Shown: positions 20,435 to 30,524 of the stretch, piece by piece
How positions within the stretch are numbered: the first letter of the stretch is position 1
Layout: the number at the start of each line of letters is the position of its first letter
NCBI GenBank assembly: GCA_965369965.1
Contig: CBDUSH010000001.1
Location: forward strand, 20,269-84,268
Origin: an uncultured bacterium
GTDB lineage: Bacteria; Chloroflexota; Dehalococcoidia; Dehalococcoidales; RBG-16-60-22
DNA: 64,000 nucleotides
Reading direction: 5' to 3'
Notes under the pieces: model-generated
Databases searched by the model: none
What the model saw: the letters and a program-made list of their open reading frames with translations, nothing else
Told to the model about the DNA's origin: nothing
Position numbers and translations under genes: made by a program

Positions 20435-21078
20435 CCGGTGACCAGTCCCTCCTCGTGAAGGGCGGCTTCGATTCTGCCGGTCACTTCGTCCACACTGCCT
20501 TCCCCGTCAACCTCCAGCAGTCTCCCCTTTCGGGTGTAATAATCTATCAGCGGTGCCGTCTGGGCAAAATAGATTTCCAGCCGCTTTTGCACCGTTTCGG
20601 CAGTATCATCGGGGCGCTGGTACAGTTCGCCGTCGCACCGGTCGCATTTACCGTTCTGCCTGGCGTTGTAAACTGCCTGGCAGTGGCGGCATACCCACCG
20701 TTCGCTCAGCCTTCTCTGCAATTCTTTTTCCGGAACCTTGATATATACCACCTTATCTATTCCCTTGTTATTCCCGGCCAGCGCTTTATCCAGTGCCTCG
20801 GCCTGCCCCAGGTTCCGCGGGAACCCGTCCAGGATGACTCCGGTATCACTTTCGGGTGCGGCTATCTTTTCCAGCACCATCCGTGTCGTTATTTCGTCCG
20901 GGACCAGATGTCCCTTTTCCATATAAGCCCTGGCCTGTACCCCCAGGTCTGTCCCTTGCTCCAGTGCCTGTCGGAACAGGTCGCCGGAAGCGACATGGGC
21001 TGAATTCAGCTTCTGGGCCACCACCGCCGCCTGGGTACCCTTCCCCGCCCCGGGGGCTCCCAGAAAGATAATATACAA
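20431..21078 (-). CDS. adk: adenylate kinase (zinc-lid type)
   Basis: It has the P-loop GAPGAGKGTQ and the lid Cys motif CRHC...CDRC. Confidence 0.95.
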   Translation of the reverse strand: MYIIFLGAPGAGKGTQAAVVAQKLNSAHVASGDLFRQALEQGTDLGVQARAYMEKGHLVPDEITTRMVLEKIAAPESDTGVILDGFPRNLGQAEALDKALAGNNKGIDKVVYIKVPEKELQRRLSERWVCRHCQAVYNARQNGKCDRCDGELYQRPDDTAETVQKRLEIYFAQTAPLIDYYTRKGRLLEVDGEGSVDEVTGRIEAALHEEGLVTG

Positions 21079-21146
21079 CTTTTCTGCCTCTTTTAAACCT
21101 ATGTCCTGCCTCGCGGTGGGAATATCGGGTGGTCGAAGTTCGCTTG

Positions 21147-21232
21147 CTCCACCGGATTTGGCTATATTATTTTAAAAAATCCTCGTAGCGTCTCATTCGT
21201 ATTTGGCTATTTTATAAAACCCTCGTAGCGTC
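21147..21232. repeat. diverged tandem duplication (~40-45 bp period) of the secY 3' end and its flank
   Basis: CCTCGTAGCGTCTCATT occurs at 21171-21187 and at 21211-21227. TTTGGCTAT occurs at 21147 and at 21192. The second copy encodes the real SecY C-terminus MRRYEGFIK*. Confidence 0.8.
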
Positions 21233-22478
21233 TCATTACCAATTGCGCCTCAAGCTGTTTCATCGTGTCAAGGACCACGCCCACCATGATAAGCAAGCCC
21301 AGGCTGGAGAGCTGTATCACCTCGATGCCGGTTATCGTCCGCACCACGAAGGGCATGACCGCTATCGAAGCCAGGAAAAGGGCGCCTCCCCAAGTAATCC
21401 GGTTAATTACCCCGTTGAGATAGGTCGCGGTATTCTTACCGGGCCGTATTCCGGGAATAAACCCGCCCTGCCTCTGTAAAGTGTTCGGCAGGTCCTGTTG
21501 CTGGAAGACCACCATGGTGTAGAAAAAGGTAAACCCCATCGCCAGCAAAAAGTAGAGAGCCCAGTAGAACAGACCCAGCGGCAGGGGCGCGTTGGGGTTG
21601 AAAACATCCATTATCGTATTCGCGAAGTTAGGCTGTATCGGGTTGGAGAAATAGCTGGCCACGATACCCGGGAAGATAACCAGTGACATGGCGAAGATAA
21701 GCGGTATCATCCCGGAACTGTTTACCCGCAACGGGATGTGGGTGCTTCCGGACTGCCGGTACATGCGACCCGAACGGAAAACGCTCTTGGCGTACTGCAC
21801 CGGGATACGGCGGTGTGCCTCGGTAAAGACAACGATTACGGCGATAGTCAACACCACCATGAGTATGTAAACTACCAGTCCGCCAAAGTTATCCTTGGCC
21901 AGGAACCCCTGCTGGATCATCGTCGGCAGGCCCGCCACGATACCGCCAAAAATAATTATCGATATACCGTTACCGATGCCGTACTCCGTAATCATCTCCC
22001 CCATCCAGACCAGTAATATGGTGCCGGCCACCATTGACGCCACCATGGCTATCATCGATAAAGCGCCCACGTCGCTGACTACTCCCTCACGTTGCAGGTA
22101 GACCAGCTGTCCGTAACCGCTGATGGCGGCCAGTGGTATCACCAGCCAGTGGGTAATCAGGTTAATCCGGTTCCTGCCTGACTCTCCCTCGCGGGAAAGT
22201 GCTTGCAGACGTGGGATTACCGGTACCAGCAGCATCATAATGATTGAAGCCGTAATATAGGGATAGACCCCCATCGCCGCCACGCTGAGTCGCCGCATCG
22301 CGCCGCCGCTGAAAAGGTCAAGCATCCCCAGTAGTGCGTTACGTTCGAAAAGCGATTCCAGGGCGTTTAAATCCACCCCGGGAAGCGGCACATGGGCGAT
22401 AAACCGGAATATTATCAGAATGCCGGCGGTAATGAGGATTTTTCGCCTCAGGTCCGGCAGGCTGAAGGCATCGAACAT
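21207..22478 (-). CDS. secY: preprotein translocase subunit SecY
   Basis: It is multi-TM with a typical N-terminus MFDAFSLPDLRRKIL. I chose the start at Met-22 of the listed ORF (22478), which leaves a 19-nt gap to rplO. A start at 22541 or 22517 is not excluded. Confidence 0.9.
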   Translation of the reverse strand: MFDAFSLPDLRRKILITAGILIIFRFIAHVPLPGVDLNALESLFERNALLGMLDLFSGGAMRRLSVAAMGVYPYITASIIMMLLVPVIPRLQALSREGESGRNRINLITHWLVIPLAAISGYGQLVYLQREGVVSDVGALSMIAMVASMVAGTILLVWMGEMITEYGIGNGISIIIFGGIVAGLPTMIQQGFLAKDNFGGLVVYILMVVLTIAVIVVFTEAHRRIPVQYAKSVFRSGRMYRQSGSTHIPLRVNSSGMIPLIFAMSLVIFPGIVASYFSNPIQPNFANTIMDVFNPNAPLPLGLFYWALYFLLAMGFTFFYTMVVFQQQDLPNTLQRQGGFIPGIRPGKNTATYLNGVINRITWGGALFLASIAVMPFVVRTITGIEVIQLSSLGLLIMVGVVLDTMKQLEAQLVMRRYEGFIK

Positions 22479-22497
22479 CGCCTGGAGTAATTTAGGC

Positions 22498-22962
22498 CTA
22501 CTTTGCCTTGGCCGCATGGGCCACCTCCTCGACTGTACCACCGGCGGTCTCTATCTTGGCTTTGGCCGCCGCCGAAAATTTGGCTGCCTTTACCGTGAGT
22601 GGCTGGTTCAGGTCACCATGGGCCAGGACCTTCACCGGCTGGCGTGAGGATTTAATCAGGCCGGCGGCCACCATCGCTTCCGGTGTTACCTCGGCCCCGG
22701 ATTCAAACTCATTAAAGTCGCTCACGTTGACCACACTGTACTCTATCCGGAAGATATTGGTGAAACCACGCTTCCGGGGCAGCCGTTTGATTAAAGGCAA
22801 CTGCCCGCCTTCAAATCCAGGACGCATCTTGTAGCCGGCGCGGGATTTTTGTCCTCCTGAACCCCGTCCGGAGTAGGTGCCGTGTCCGCTGCTGTTACCT
22901 CGCCCCACTCGCTTTCGAGCTTTGTGGGCGCCAGGGGCTGGGGAAAGATTGTCCTGCCTCAC
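22498..22962 (-). CDS. rplO: 50S ribosomal protein L15
   Basis: It has a G/R-rich N-terminus ([18 protein letters not shown]) and the expected operon position. Confidence 0.95.
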   Translation of the reverse strand: MRQDNLSPAPGAHKARKRVGRGNSSGHGTYSGRGSGGQKSRAGYKMRPGFEGGQLPLIKRLPRKRGFTNIFRIEYSVVNVSDFNEFESGAEVTPEAMVAAGLIKSSRQPVKVLAHGDLNQPLTVKAAKFSAAAKAKIETAGGTVEEVAHAAKAK

Positions 22963-23144
22963 GAGTTTGCCTCCTCCACTTTAACAAGATGTCTTACTTT
23001 ATTAATCATCCCCCGGACTGACATTGAATCATCGTGGACAACACTCTGGTGCAAACGATGAAAACCCAGGGAAATTAAGGTCCTTTTCTGGTCTTCCTTG
23101 TAGCCGATGCCACTCTTTATCAGGGTAACGCGCAGTTTAGCCAC
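22959..23144 (-). CDS. rpmD: 50S ribosomal protein L30
   Basis: 61 aa. The N-terminus is [14 protein letters not shown]. Confidence 0.93.
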   Translation of the reverse strand: MAKLRVTLIKSGIGYKEDQKRTLISLGFHRLHQSVVHDDSMSVRGMINKVRHLVKVEEANS

Positions 23145-23664
23145 TGGCTGCCTCCTCCCCCTTCACGTAATCGGTTCCCCGGCGCTCTCTGATGACCTCT
23201 TTCGGGTCCCGGAGCTGGCTCAGGGCGAGTACCGTTGCCTTGGCCACGTTGATATGGTTGGCGCTGCCCAGTGACTTGGTTAAAATATCCTTGATACCGC
23301 AGGCTTCAAGTACGGAGCGGACGCTGCCGCCGGCGATTACGCCGGTGCCCGGAGCCGCCGGTTTCAGCATAACTCTGGCGGCGCCGAAATTGACGGTTAT
23401 CTCGTGAGGAATGGTCGTCCCGGCCATAGGTACCTTGATCAGGTTCTTCTTCGCTTCAACGCCGCCTTTATTAATCGCCGCCGGCACTTCATTGGCTTTA
23501 CCGATACCCAGGCCGACATGCCCGTTACCATCACCGGTGGCCACCAGGGCGCTGAAGCGGAGGCGTTTACCCCCCTTCATCACCTTGGCGACGCGGTTGA
23601 TGTACATCAACTTGTCGTTCAGGGTCAGGTCTGTCGGGTCTATTTTTTTCATCAATCTGTTCAT
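23137..23664 (-). CDS. rpsE: 30S ribosomal protein S5
   Basis: It carries [36 protein letters not shown]. Confidence 0.95.
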   Translation of the reverse strand: MNRLMKKIDPTDLTLNDKLMYINRVAKVMKGGKRLRFSALVATGDGNGHVGLGIGKANEVPAAINKGGVEAKKNLIKVPMAGTTIPHEITVNFGAARVMLKPAAPGTGVIAGGSVRSVLEACGIKDILTKSLGSANHINVAKATVLALSQLRDPKEVIRERRGTDYVKGEEAASG

Positions 23665-23680
23665 AATTTGGCTTTCTCTT

Positions 23681-24046
23681 TTAGAATTTTAATCCGCCTT
23701 GCCGGGCGGCTTCCGCCAGCGCTTTCACCCGGCCGTGGTACTTGTAACCACCACGGTCGAAGGCCACCTCTTTTATCCCCAGGCTCAGGGCTCGTTGTGC
23801 AATCGCGGTGCCCACCACTTCGGCTTCGCCCGACTTTACCTTCCCGTTCAGTTTACCCTTTGTTTCCGGGTCGGTTGTCGAAGCTGAAGCCAGGGTGTGG
23901 CCTTGTGTATCGTCGATAACCTGCGCGTAAATATGGTTCGTACTGCGGAAGACACAAAGGCGCGGCCGGCTGGTGGTACCCTTTAGCTTGGCTCTGACCC
24001 GGGCGTGTCTTCGATAACGTGCCAGTCTCGTTTTGTTGCTCTTCAT
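23681..24046 (-). CDS. rplR: 50S ribosomal protein L18
   Basis: It carries [20 protein letters not shown] and ends ..GGLKF. Confidence 0.95.
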   Translation of the reverse strand: MKSNKTRLARYRRHARVRAKLKGTTSRPRLCVFRSTNHIYAQVIDDTQGHTLASASTTDPETKGKLNGKVKSGEAEVVGTAIAQRALSLGIKEVAFDRGGYKYHGRVKALAEAARQGGLKF

Positions 24047-24048
24047 CG

Positions 24049-24597
24049 TTACTTGCTACCTACCACCTTTCCCGCTTTACCTGGCTTGAGGCGAACTTTC
24101 TCTCCGGTATAGCGGATACCCTTTCCCTTGTAGGCATCGGGTTTCCTGATTCTCCGGATTCTGGCTGCCATCTCGCCAACTACTTCCTTATCGATTCCGG
24201 AAACCTTTATCCGGGCTCCCTCCATCGACAAGGAGATACCCGGCAGGGGGACTACTTCCACCAGGTGTGAGTACCCGATGCGAAGAGTCAGATTGTCACC
24301 GTTTTGTTCCGCCCGGTAACCCACCCCCACTATCTCCAGGTACTTTTCATAACCTTGGCTCACCCCCTGCACCATGTTGGCGACCAGGCTTCTGGTCAGC
24401 CCGTGCATGGAACGGTGATCCTTATTATCACTCGGCCGTGTCACCGTTAAAATATTATCTTGCTGGGTGACGGTTATATCCAGTTTCACCGGACAGCTCA
24501 GTTCACCCTTGGGTCCGGTTACCTTGACTGCGTCCTCGCTGATACTTACCGTCACCCCGTTGGGTACGGTTATCGGCATTCGTCCTATTCTCGACAT
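24049..24597 (-). CDS. rplF: 50S ribosomal protein L6
   Basis: The N-terminus is [17 protein letters not shown]. Confidence 0.95.
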   Translation of the reverse strand: MSRIGRMPITVPNGVTVSISEDAVKVTGPKGELSCPVKLDITVTQQDNILTVTRPSDNKDHRSMHGLTRSLVANMVQGVSQGYEKYLEIVGVGYRAEQNGDNLTLRIGYSHLVEVVPLPGISLSMEGARIKVSGIDKEVVGEMAARIRRIRKPDAYKGKGIRYTGEKVRLKPGKAGKVVGSK

Positions 24598-24619
24598 AGC
24601 TTATCACTCCAGGTTCGGT

Positions 24620-25018
24620 TTACCATACGTTACACAAAAGTTCCCCGCCGATTCCCATGCGCCAGGCCTGCTGCCCCGTCTTTACCCCTTTCGAGGTAGA
24701 AACAATGGCTATCCCCAGGCCGCCGTACACCCGGGCGATTTCCTTCTGCTGCACGTAGACCCTCAGTCCGGGTTTGCTCATTCGCTCCATCCCGGAAATA
24801 ATCGGTCGGTTATCGTCGGCGTACTTCAGGTATATCTTGATTTCGCGGTGAGGCTTTCCTCGGAGTACCTCATAATCTTTAATAAAACTTTCCTCTTTCA
24901 GGATGCGGGCAATGGCCAGCTTTATCCTGGAGGACGGCACCAGTACGGAATCATGCCTTGCCATGATGGCATTGCGTATTCTGGTCAGCATATCTGCAAT
25001 CGGATCAGTAACTGTCAT
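24620..25018 (-). CDS. rpsH: 30S ribosomal protein S8
   Basis: The N-terminus is [17 protein letters not shown]. Confidence 0.95.
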   Translation of the reverse strand: MTVTDPIADMLTRIRNAIMARHDSVLVPSSRIKLAIARILKEESFIKDYEVLRGKPHREIKIYLKYADDNRPIISGMERMSKPGLRVYVQQKEIARVYGGLGIAIVSTSKGVKTGQQAWRMGIGGELLCNVW

Positions 25019-25042
25019 TTCAATTCCTTGGCCCCTTATTTT

Positions 25043-25228
25043 TTACCAGCTGGATTTCCTCACCCCGGGCAGTTGCCCGGCCAGCGCCAGTTTCCGGAAA
25101 CAAATACGGCACAGGCCGAACTTACGCATATAGGCACGCGGTCGACCGCACAGGTGGCAGCGGTTATGTTGCTGTACCCGGTATTTGGTCGGGCGCCCCG
25201 CTTTGACAATCTTTGACGTTTTTGCCAT
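25043..25228 (-). CDS. rpsN: 30S ribosomal protein S14, zinc-binding type Z
   Basis: 61 aa with the Cys motif [20 protein letters not shown]. Confidence 0.95.
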   Translation of the reverse strand: MAKTSKIVKAGRPTKYRVQQHNRCHLCGRPRAYMRKFGLCRICFRKLALAGQLPGVRKSSW

Positions 25229-25230
25229 GG

Positions 25231-25782
25231 TTACTCCATTTCTTCTTTGACGAAAGGCATCCCCAGCAGCTCCAGCAGGTGTTTGCCTTCCTCATCGGTC
25301 TTGGCCGTAGTGACAATTGATATTTCCAGGCCCCGCACCTTATCCACTTTGTCATAATCTATTTCGGGGAAAAATATTTGCTCTTTCATCCCCAGCGTAT
25401 AGTTACCCCGGCCGTCAAACGCGGTGGCCGGGACTCCCTGGAATTCACGCACCCGGGGCAATACGGCGCTGACCAGCTTGTCCAGAAACTGGTACATGCG
25501 CTCCCCCCGCAGGGTTACCATTATCCCGATGGGCATCCCCGCTCTCAGCCGGAAGGCGGCGATGGATTTCTTGGAACGGGTAATCACCGGGTGTTGTCCG
25601 GTAATCGCCGTCAGATCGCTCTCGGCCGCTTCCAGGGCCTTGGCATTGGCGATTGCCTCCCCCAGGCCGATATTCAGCACCACTTTTTCCAGACGGGGTA
25701 CCTGCATGATATTCTTATATCCGTGACTCTCCATCATGGCGGGGATAGCTTCACTCCGGTATTTTTCTTTCAATCTCAACAT
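25231..25782 (-). CDS. rplE: 50S ribosomal protein L5
   Basis: 183 aa with typical L5 blocks ([16 protein letters not shown]) and the expected operon position. Confidence 0.95.
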   Translation of the reverse strand: MLRLKEKYRSEAIPAMMESHGYKNIMQVPRLEKVVLNIGLGEAIANAKALEAAESDLTAITGQHPVITRSKKSIAAFRLRAGMPIGIMVTLRGERMYQFLDKLVSAVLPRVREFQGVPATAFDGRGNYTLGMKEQIFFPEIDYDKVDKVRGLEISIVTTAKTDEEGKHLLELLGMPFVKEEME

Positions 25783-26094
25783 CTAGTCGATTACCTCATT
25801 GCAGGCGCGGCATACCCTGACCTTCCGGCCGTCATCCAGGAAAGTAGCCCCGATGCGGACCGGGTGGTTGCATTTTTCGCAGAACAGCATCACGTTGGAC
25901 ACCTTAATCGGTGCTTCCAGATCGATAATGCCGGCTTGCCTCGCCTGTCCCTTCGTCCGGGAATGCTTTTTAATAAAATTAATTCCGTCTACCAGTACTT
26001 TCTTATCCTTGGGGTAAGCGAAGCGCACCTTGCCCTTTTTACCTTTATCCTTGCCCGTAATGACCAGTATCGTGTCGTTCTTTCTAATTTTCAC
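25783..26094 (-). CDS. rplX: 50S ribosomal protein L24
   Basis: It has a KOW motif: MKIRKNDTILVITGKDKGKKGKV. Confidence 0.95.
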   Translation of the reverse strand: MKIRKNDTILVITGKDKGKKGKVRFAYPKDKKVLVDGINFIKKHSRTKGQARQAGIIDLEAPIKVSNVMLFCEKCNHPVRIGATFLDDGRKVRVCRACNEVID

Positions 26095-26106
26095 AGTTAG
26101 CTTTCC

Positions 26107-26475
26107 TTATAAAACTTCTGGCGCCAGGGATATAATCTTGGTAAAATCCTTGTCCCTCAGTTCCCTGGCCACCGGCCCGAATATACGGGTGCCTTTCGGA
26201 TTATTCTTTTCGGTCAGAATTACGGCCGCGTTTTCATCAAACCGGATATAAGAGCCGTCGGGGCGCCGGTAGGGGTGGCTGGTGCGGACGATAACCGCCC
26301 GGACCACTTCTCCCTTTTTGGTGGTAGACCCGGGGATGGCTCGCTTCACTGAGGCCACGATAATATCGCCCACGCGGGCGTATTTTTTCCCGGTGCCTCC
26401 CGGTACGTTGATGCACATAATTATCCGGGCTCCGGTATTATCAGCCGCTTTAAGTCTGGAATACGTTTGAATCAT
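26107..26475 (-). CDS. rplN: 50S ribosomal protein L14
   Basis: The N-terminus is [17 protein letters not shown]. Confidence 0.96.
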   Translation of the reverse strand: MIQTYSRLKAADNTGARIIMCINVPGGTGKKYARVGDIIVASVKRAIPGSTTKKGEVVRAVIVRTSHPYRRPDGSYIRFDENAAVILTEKNNPKGTRIFGPVARELRDKDFTKIISLAPEVL

Positions 26476-26600
26476 GCTTTTTCATCCTGTACCTTAAGTT
26501 ATTTCAGCGGGCTTAATCTCCACCGCTCCAAGCCTGGAATACGCTTGAATCAGGCTCCTTCATCCTGTGCCTTAAGTTATTTCAGCCGGTTTAACCTCAG
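26445..26600. repeat. two-copy tandem duplication (78-bp period, ~83% identity) of the rpsQ-rplN gene junction
   Basis: Hand alignment of 26445-26522 against 26523-26600 gives 65/78 identities with no gaps. Copy A holds the real rplN start. Copy B holds the real rpsQ stop. Confidence 0.85.
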
Positions 26601-26853
26601 CCACTTCGCCTTTGGTAATAATCTCGGCCACCCGCCACCGCTTGTGTCGGGAGAGCGGGCGTGTTTCCGTTATTTTAACCACGTCACCCGTTCGGCACTG
26701 GTTATTCTCGTCATGGGCTTTGTAATTGACGTCCCGGTTAATCGTCTTCTTGTAGAGTGTATAGCGCCTGGGGGTCTCTACCGCCACCACCACCGTCTTA
26801 TCCATCCGAGTATTAACGACGCGGCCGACTCTGCTCTTTCGCTTTTCTTTCAT
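26572..26853 (-). CDS. rpsQ: 30S ribosomal protein S17
   Basis: It carries GRVVNTRMDKTVVVAVE...YKAHDENN. Confidence 0.95.
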   Translation of the reverse strand: MKEKRKSRVGRVVNTRMDKTVVVAVETPRRYTLYKKTINRDVNYKAHDENNQCRTGDVVKITETRPLSRHKRWRVAEIITKGEVAEVKPAEIT

Positions 26854-26857
26854 ACTT

Positions 26858-27055
26858 CTACCTTATCCCCAGCTCTTTCTCCCTGATTATGGTCATCAGC
26901 CGGGCGATCTTCTTCTTTACCATCGGGTACTCCCGGTGGTTTACCAGTTGTTTGGTGCTCAGGCGGAAGCGCAGGTTGAGCAGCTCCTGCTGTGCCTCAT
27001 CCAGTTGCTTCGCCAGATCCTCCGGTTTTAATGCTCGAAACTCGTCGACCTTCAA
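26858..27055 (-). CDS. rpmC: 50S ribosomal protein L29
   Basis: 65 aa with [14 protein letters not shown]. Confidence 0.93.
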   Translation of the reverse strand: MKVDEFRALKPEDLAKQLDEAQQELLNLRFRLSTKQLVNHREYPMVKKKIARLMTIIREKELGIR

Positions 27056-27056
27056 T

Positions 27057-27509
27057 TCAAGCCAGCTCCTTTTTCATTGCTTCAGCGCCGGCAAATATGC
27101 CGGTTTCCCTGATTACGAACTTGGTTGGAATGGGCAGTTTGTGGGCGGCCAGGCGTAGCGCCTCTTTGGCTACTTCTTCCTTCACCCCCGCCATTTCAAA
27201 CATGATCCGGCCCGGTCTAACCACGGCCACCCAGTGGTCCGGGGCGCCTTTGCCGCTGCCCATGCGGGTCTCCGCCGGTTTTTTGGTCACCGGTTTATCC
27301 GGGAAAATGCGTATCCAGACCTTGCCACCGCGCCGGATATGGCGGGTGATGGCGCGTCGCGCGGATTCAATCTGCTCACCCGTAATCCAGGCCGACTGCA
27401 ATGCCTGCAGACCAAAGTCGCCGAACGTCGTGGTGTTACCCGACTGGGCGCTGCCCCGGCGGTGTCCCTTATGCGATTTACGGAATTTTACCCGTTTCGG
27501 TTGCAGCAT
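27057..27509 (-). CDS. rplP: 50S ribosomal protein L16
   Basis: The N-terminus is [15 protein letters not shown]. Confidence 0.96.
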   Translation of the reverse strand: MLQPKRVKFRKSHKGHRRGSAQSGNTTTFGDFGLQALQSAWITGEQIESARRAITRHIRRGGKVWIRIFPDKPVTKKPAETRMGSGKGAPDHWVAVVRPGRIMFEMAGVKEEVAKEALRLAAHKLPIPTKFVIRETGIFAGAEAMKKELA

Positions 27510-27511
27510 AG

Positions 27512-28726
27512 TTATGCCTCTTTCTCGGTTGCCTCGGCGGCGGATTCATCCGAAGCCGCCTTTGCCTTGCTCCTGGTACTCGTTTTAGCCGGTTTCTCTT
27601 CTGCCTTAGCCTCTTCCGGTTTCGCGCTGGCGGCTGTCTTAACCCTCTTTTTAGCCGCCGGCTTGGCCGGTTTATCTTCTTCTTTTACTTCCGCGGCTGC
27701 TTCGGTTACCGGCTCTTCTGTCTTAGCCTCTTCCGGTTTCGTGCCGGCGGTCGCCTTGACTCTCTTTTTAGCCGCCGGCTTGGCCGGTTTATCTGCTTCT
27801 TTTACTTCTGCGGCTGCTTCGGTTACCGGCTCTTCTGTCTTAGCCTCTTCCGGTTCCGCGCTGGCGGTCGCCTTAACTCTCTTTTTAGCCGCCGGTTTGG
27901 CCGGTTCTTCCTCTTTTACTTCCGCCACCGGTGCCGCCGGTTCTTCCTCTTTTACTTCCACCACCGGTGCCACCGCCGCTTCGGTGGGTGGCTCCTCGGT
28001 CTTGGCGATCACCCTGACCTCTGCCGGGGCTCCGGCTTCGGTGGCTGCCGTACTGGCGGCCGGTTCTATCTCCGCTTCCTCCACTTCCACTGCCTTTGGT
28101 TCGGGAAGTATTTCACCCTTATATATCCATACCTTCACCCCGATACGCCCCAGCGTCGTCTTGGCTTCGGTAACCCCGTAATCAATATCCGCCCTCAAAG
28201 TGTGCAGTGGTACCTGTCCCTGATGCATAGTCTGACGGCGGGCTATTTCCGCGTCACCCAGCCTTCCGGAACAGCTGACTCTAATCCCTTTGGCGCCGGC
28301 CTGGAGGCTGCGGAAAATCGCCTGTTTGATTGCCCGGCGGTAGGCGATGCGCCGCTGTATCTGTTCGGCGATGGTTTTAGCCACCAGGGTGGCATCAAGC
28401 TCCGGTTGCCTTATCTCCCGGATGTTTAATCGGACTCTCTTCCCGATAAGTTTTTCCAGATATCGGCTCAGTTCATCCACTCTCTGTCCGCCCCGCCCGA
28501 TGACGATACCCGGTCGGGCGGTATGAATGGTCACCGACACCTCTTTTGCCTGGCGCTCAATTTCCACCAGGGAGATGGCGGCGTCGGAATATTTCGTCTG
28601 AATCGCATTACGGAGTTTCAGGTCTTCTTTCAGAAACTCGGCATAATGTGAATCGGCGTACCACCTCGCCTGCCAGTCTTGGATAACACCAAGTCTAAAC
28701 CCTATCGGATGAACCTTACGTCCCAA
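27512..28726 (-). CDS. rpsC: 30S ribosomal protein S3 with a ~190-aa repetitive A/E/K/P-rich C-terminal extension
   Basis: The N-terminal ~215 aa is canonical S3 ([26 protein letters not shown] domain). The ORF then continues in frame to 404 aa. Confidence 0.93.
   Translation of the reverse strand: MGRKVHPIGFRLGVIQDWQARWYADSHYAEFLKEDLKLRNAIQTKYSDAAISLVEIERQAKEVSVTIHTARPGIVIGRGGQRVDELSRYLEKLIGKRVRLNIREIRQPELDATLVAKTIAEQIQRRIAYRRAIKQAIFRSLQAGAKGIRVSCSGRLGDAEIARRQTMHQGQVPLHTLRADIDYGVTEAKTTLGRIGVKVWIYKGEILPEPKAVEVEEAEIEPAASTAATEAGAPAEVRVIAKTEEPPTEAAVAPVVEVKEEEPAAPVAEVKEEEPAKPAAKKRVKATASAEPEEAKTEEPVTEAAAEVKEADKPAKPAAKKRVKATAGTKPEEAKTEEPVTEAAAEVKEEDKPAKPAAKKRVKTAASAKPEEAKAEEKPAKTSTRSKAKAASDESAAEATEKEA
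27586..27972. repeat. in-frame tandem repeats inside the rpsC 3' extension (117-bp unit x ~2.7, then 36-bp unit x 2)
   Basis: CTTAGCCTCTTCCGG recurs at 27605, 27722 and 27839 (period 117). CCGGTTCTTCCTCTTTTACTTCC recurs at 27901 and 27937 (period 36). Confidence 0.9.
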
Positions 28727-29065
28727 TTAACCCTCCTGCTCGGCGACGATGACCGTAATATGGCTGGACTGCTTTTTGATCGGGCTGACACGCCCCCTGG
28801 AGCGAGGCCGGAACCTCTTTAGCGTCGGAGCTTCATCGGCAAAAATAGTGACAATCTTGAGATCAGAAGGCGTCATCTGATAGTTATTCTCCGCGTTTGA
28901 CGCCGCTGACTTTACCAGCTTGGCAATGACTTTAGCTTTGGGCGTCGGGGTAAACCTGAGTAAGGCTAACGCCTCATCAACCATTTTCCCCCGTACCATA
29001 TTCACCAGCGGCCGCACCTTGCTGGCCGATAGTCCGGTATCTTTGGCAACTGCTTTTACGTCCAT
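28727..29065 (-). CDS. rplV: 50S ribosomal protein L22
   Basis: 112 aa with KVRPLVNMVRGK and the expected operon position. Confidence 0.95.
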   Translation of the reverse strand: MDVKAVAKDTGLSASKVRPLVNMVRGKMVDEALALLRFTPTPKAKVIAKLVKSAASNAENNYQMTPSDLKIVTIFADEAPTLKRFRPRSRGRVSPIKKQSSHITVIVAEQEG

Positions 29066-29089
29066 CTGTCTTCCTGTCTCAGTAATCTC

Positions 29090-29377
29090 TTATCTTCTTG
29101 ACTGGCTTGATCTCTCCGATTTTGAAACGTGTCCTCGGAAAGTTCTTGTTGGGGCAAACTCGCCTAACTTATGCCCCACCATGTTTTCGGTTACAAAAAT
29201 AGGTAAATGTCTCCGGCCGTCATGCACGCCAATGGTCAACCCTATCATCTGGGGTAGAATGGTGGAAGAACGTGACCACGTTTTAATAACCGCTTTCTGA
29301 CCGGAGCGAATAACCGCATCCACCTTTTTCAGTAACTTGGCTTCGATAAATGGCCCCTTTTTAATTGACCTTGACAT
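29090..29377 (-). CDS. rpsS: 30S ribosomal protein S19
   Basis: It carries [11 protein letters not shown] and [23 protein letters not shown]. Confidence 0.96.
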   Translation of the reverse strand: MSRSIKKGPFIEAKLLKKVDAVIRSGQKAVIKTWSRSSTILPQMIGLTIGVHDGRRHLPIFVTENMVGHKLGEFAPTRTFRGHVSKSERSSQSRR

Positions 29378-29386
29378 ATTACCCCT

Positions 29387-30217
29387 TTACTTGCTCTTTC
29401 TGCGCCTGACAATCATTTTATCGGATGCTTTTGGCTTGCGTGTCCGGTAACCCAGTGCTGGTTTACCCCACGGTGTTTTCGGCCCGGGCATTCCTATCGG
29501 ACTCCTGCCTTCGCCGCCGCCGTGCGGGTGATCGCGCGGTGACATTGCCGAACCGCGTACCGTAGGCCGCCAGCCCATCAGGCGCTTGCGGCCCGCTTTA
29601 CCCAGCTTAATGTTCTGGTGGTCAACGTTCCCCACCTGCCCGATGGTAGCCATGCACTCGGCACGAATCCGTCGCATCTCGCCGGAATCCAGCCTCACCA
29701 GAACGTAGTCACCTTCTTTTACCATCAGTTGTGCGGCGGCTCCGGCGCTTCTGGCCAGCTTGCCGCCACCTCCCCGGCTAAGCTCGATATTATGTATCTG
29801 GGTGCCGCCCGGGATTAGCTTCAATGGCAGGGCATTACCCGTTTTCGGTTCTGCCTCGGGGCCTGATTTTATGGTATCATCCACGTTCAGCCCCACCGGT
29901 GCCAGGATATACCGCTTTTCTCCGTCGGCATAAAAGATGAGGGCGATGCGGGCGGAACGGTTGGGGTCATACTCAATGCTCGCTACCCGTCCCGGGACGC
30001 CCAGCTTATCCCGCTTGAAATCAATCAGGCGCAGCATGCGCTTGGCGCCGCCGCCGCGGTGGCGGACGGTAATCCTCCCCTGGTTGTTGCGCCCACCCCG
30101 TTTCTTCAGCGGAGAAATCAGCGATTTTTCCGGCTTGCTCTTGGTTATTTCCTCAAAAGAGTAGCCGCTCATCCACCGTCGGCCGGCAGAAGTCGGACGA
30201 TATGTCTTTAAAGCCAC
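29387..30217 (-). CDS. rplB: 50S ribosomal protein L2
   Basis: 276 aa with RHRGGG and [13 protein letters not shown]. Confidence 0.96.
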   Translation of the reverse strand: MALKTYRPTSAGRRWMSGYSFEEITKSKPEKSLISPLKKRGGRNNQGRITVRHRGGGAKRMLRLIDFKRDKLGVPGRVASIEYDPNRSARIALIFYADGEKRYILAPVGLNVDDTIKSGPEAEPKTGNALPLKLIPGGTQIHNIELSRGGGGKLARSAGAAAQLMVKEGDYVLVRLDSGEMRRIRAECMATIGQVGNVDHQNIKLGKAGRKRLMGWRPTVRGSAMSPRDHPHGGGEGRSPIGMPGPKTPWGKPALGYRTRKPKASDKMIVRRRKSK

Positions 30218-30239
30218 TCAGTTTCCCCCTTCATCGGTT

Positions 30240-30524
30240 TTAAACACCTTCAAAAATCTCTATCTTATCCCCCGCCTTGAGGGTAACGATCGCCTTTTTC
30301 CAGGAACGGGTCTGCACCATCCGCCGGCCCACTCTTTTCGTCTTGCCGGGCACCGTGCTTACGTTAACCGTGATCACTTTCACCTTAAACGTTTTCTCCA
30401 CCGCCTGTTTCACCTGAGGCTTGTTGGCCTCCTTGGCAATCTCAAAAGCGTATTTATTCAGCGCCTGCAGGAAGGTATTTTTCTCGGTTATCAGCGGGCG
30501 GACCAGTACGTTATACAGCTGCAT
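30240..30524 (-). CDS. rplW: 50S ribosomal protein L23
   Basis: 94 aa with VLVRPLITEK and the expected operon position. Confidence 0.93.
   Translation of the reverse strand: MQLYNVLVRPLITEKNTFLQALNKYAFEIAKEANKPQVKQAVEKTFKVKVITVNVSTVPGKTKRVGRRMVQTRSWKKAIVTLKAGDKIEIFEGV

Noticed and set aside
27234-28181. 315-aa plus-strand ORF rich in Ala/Ser/Gly
   Set aside because: It lies entirely antisense to rpsC/rplP. Its low-complexity sequence simply mirrors the repeats in the rpsC extension. It is a shadow ORF.
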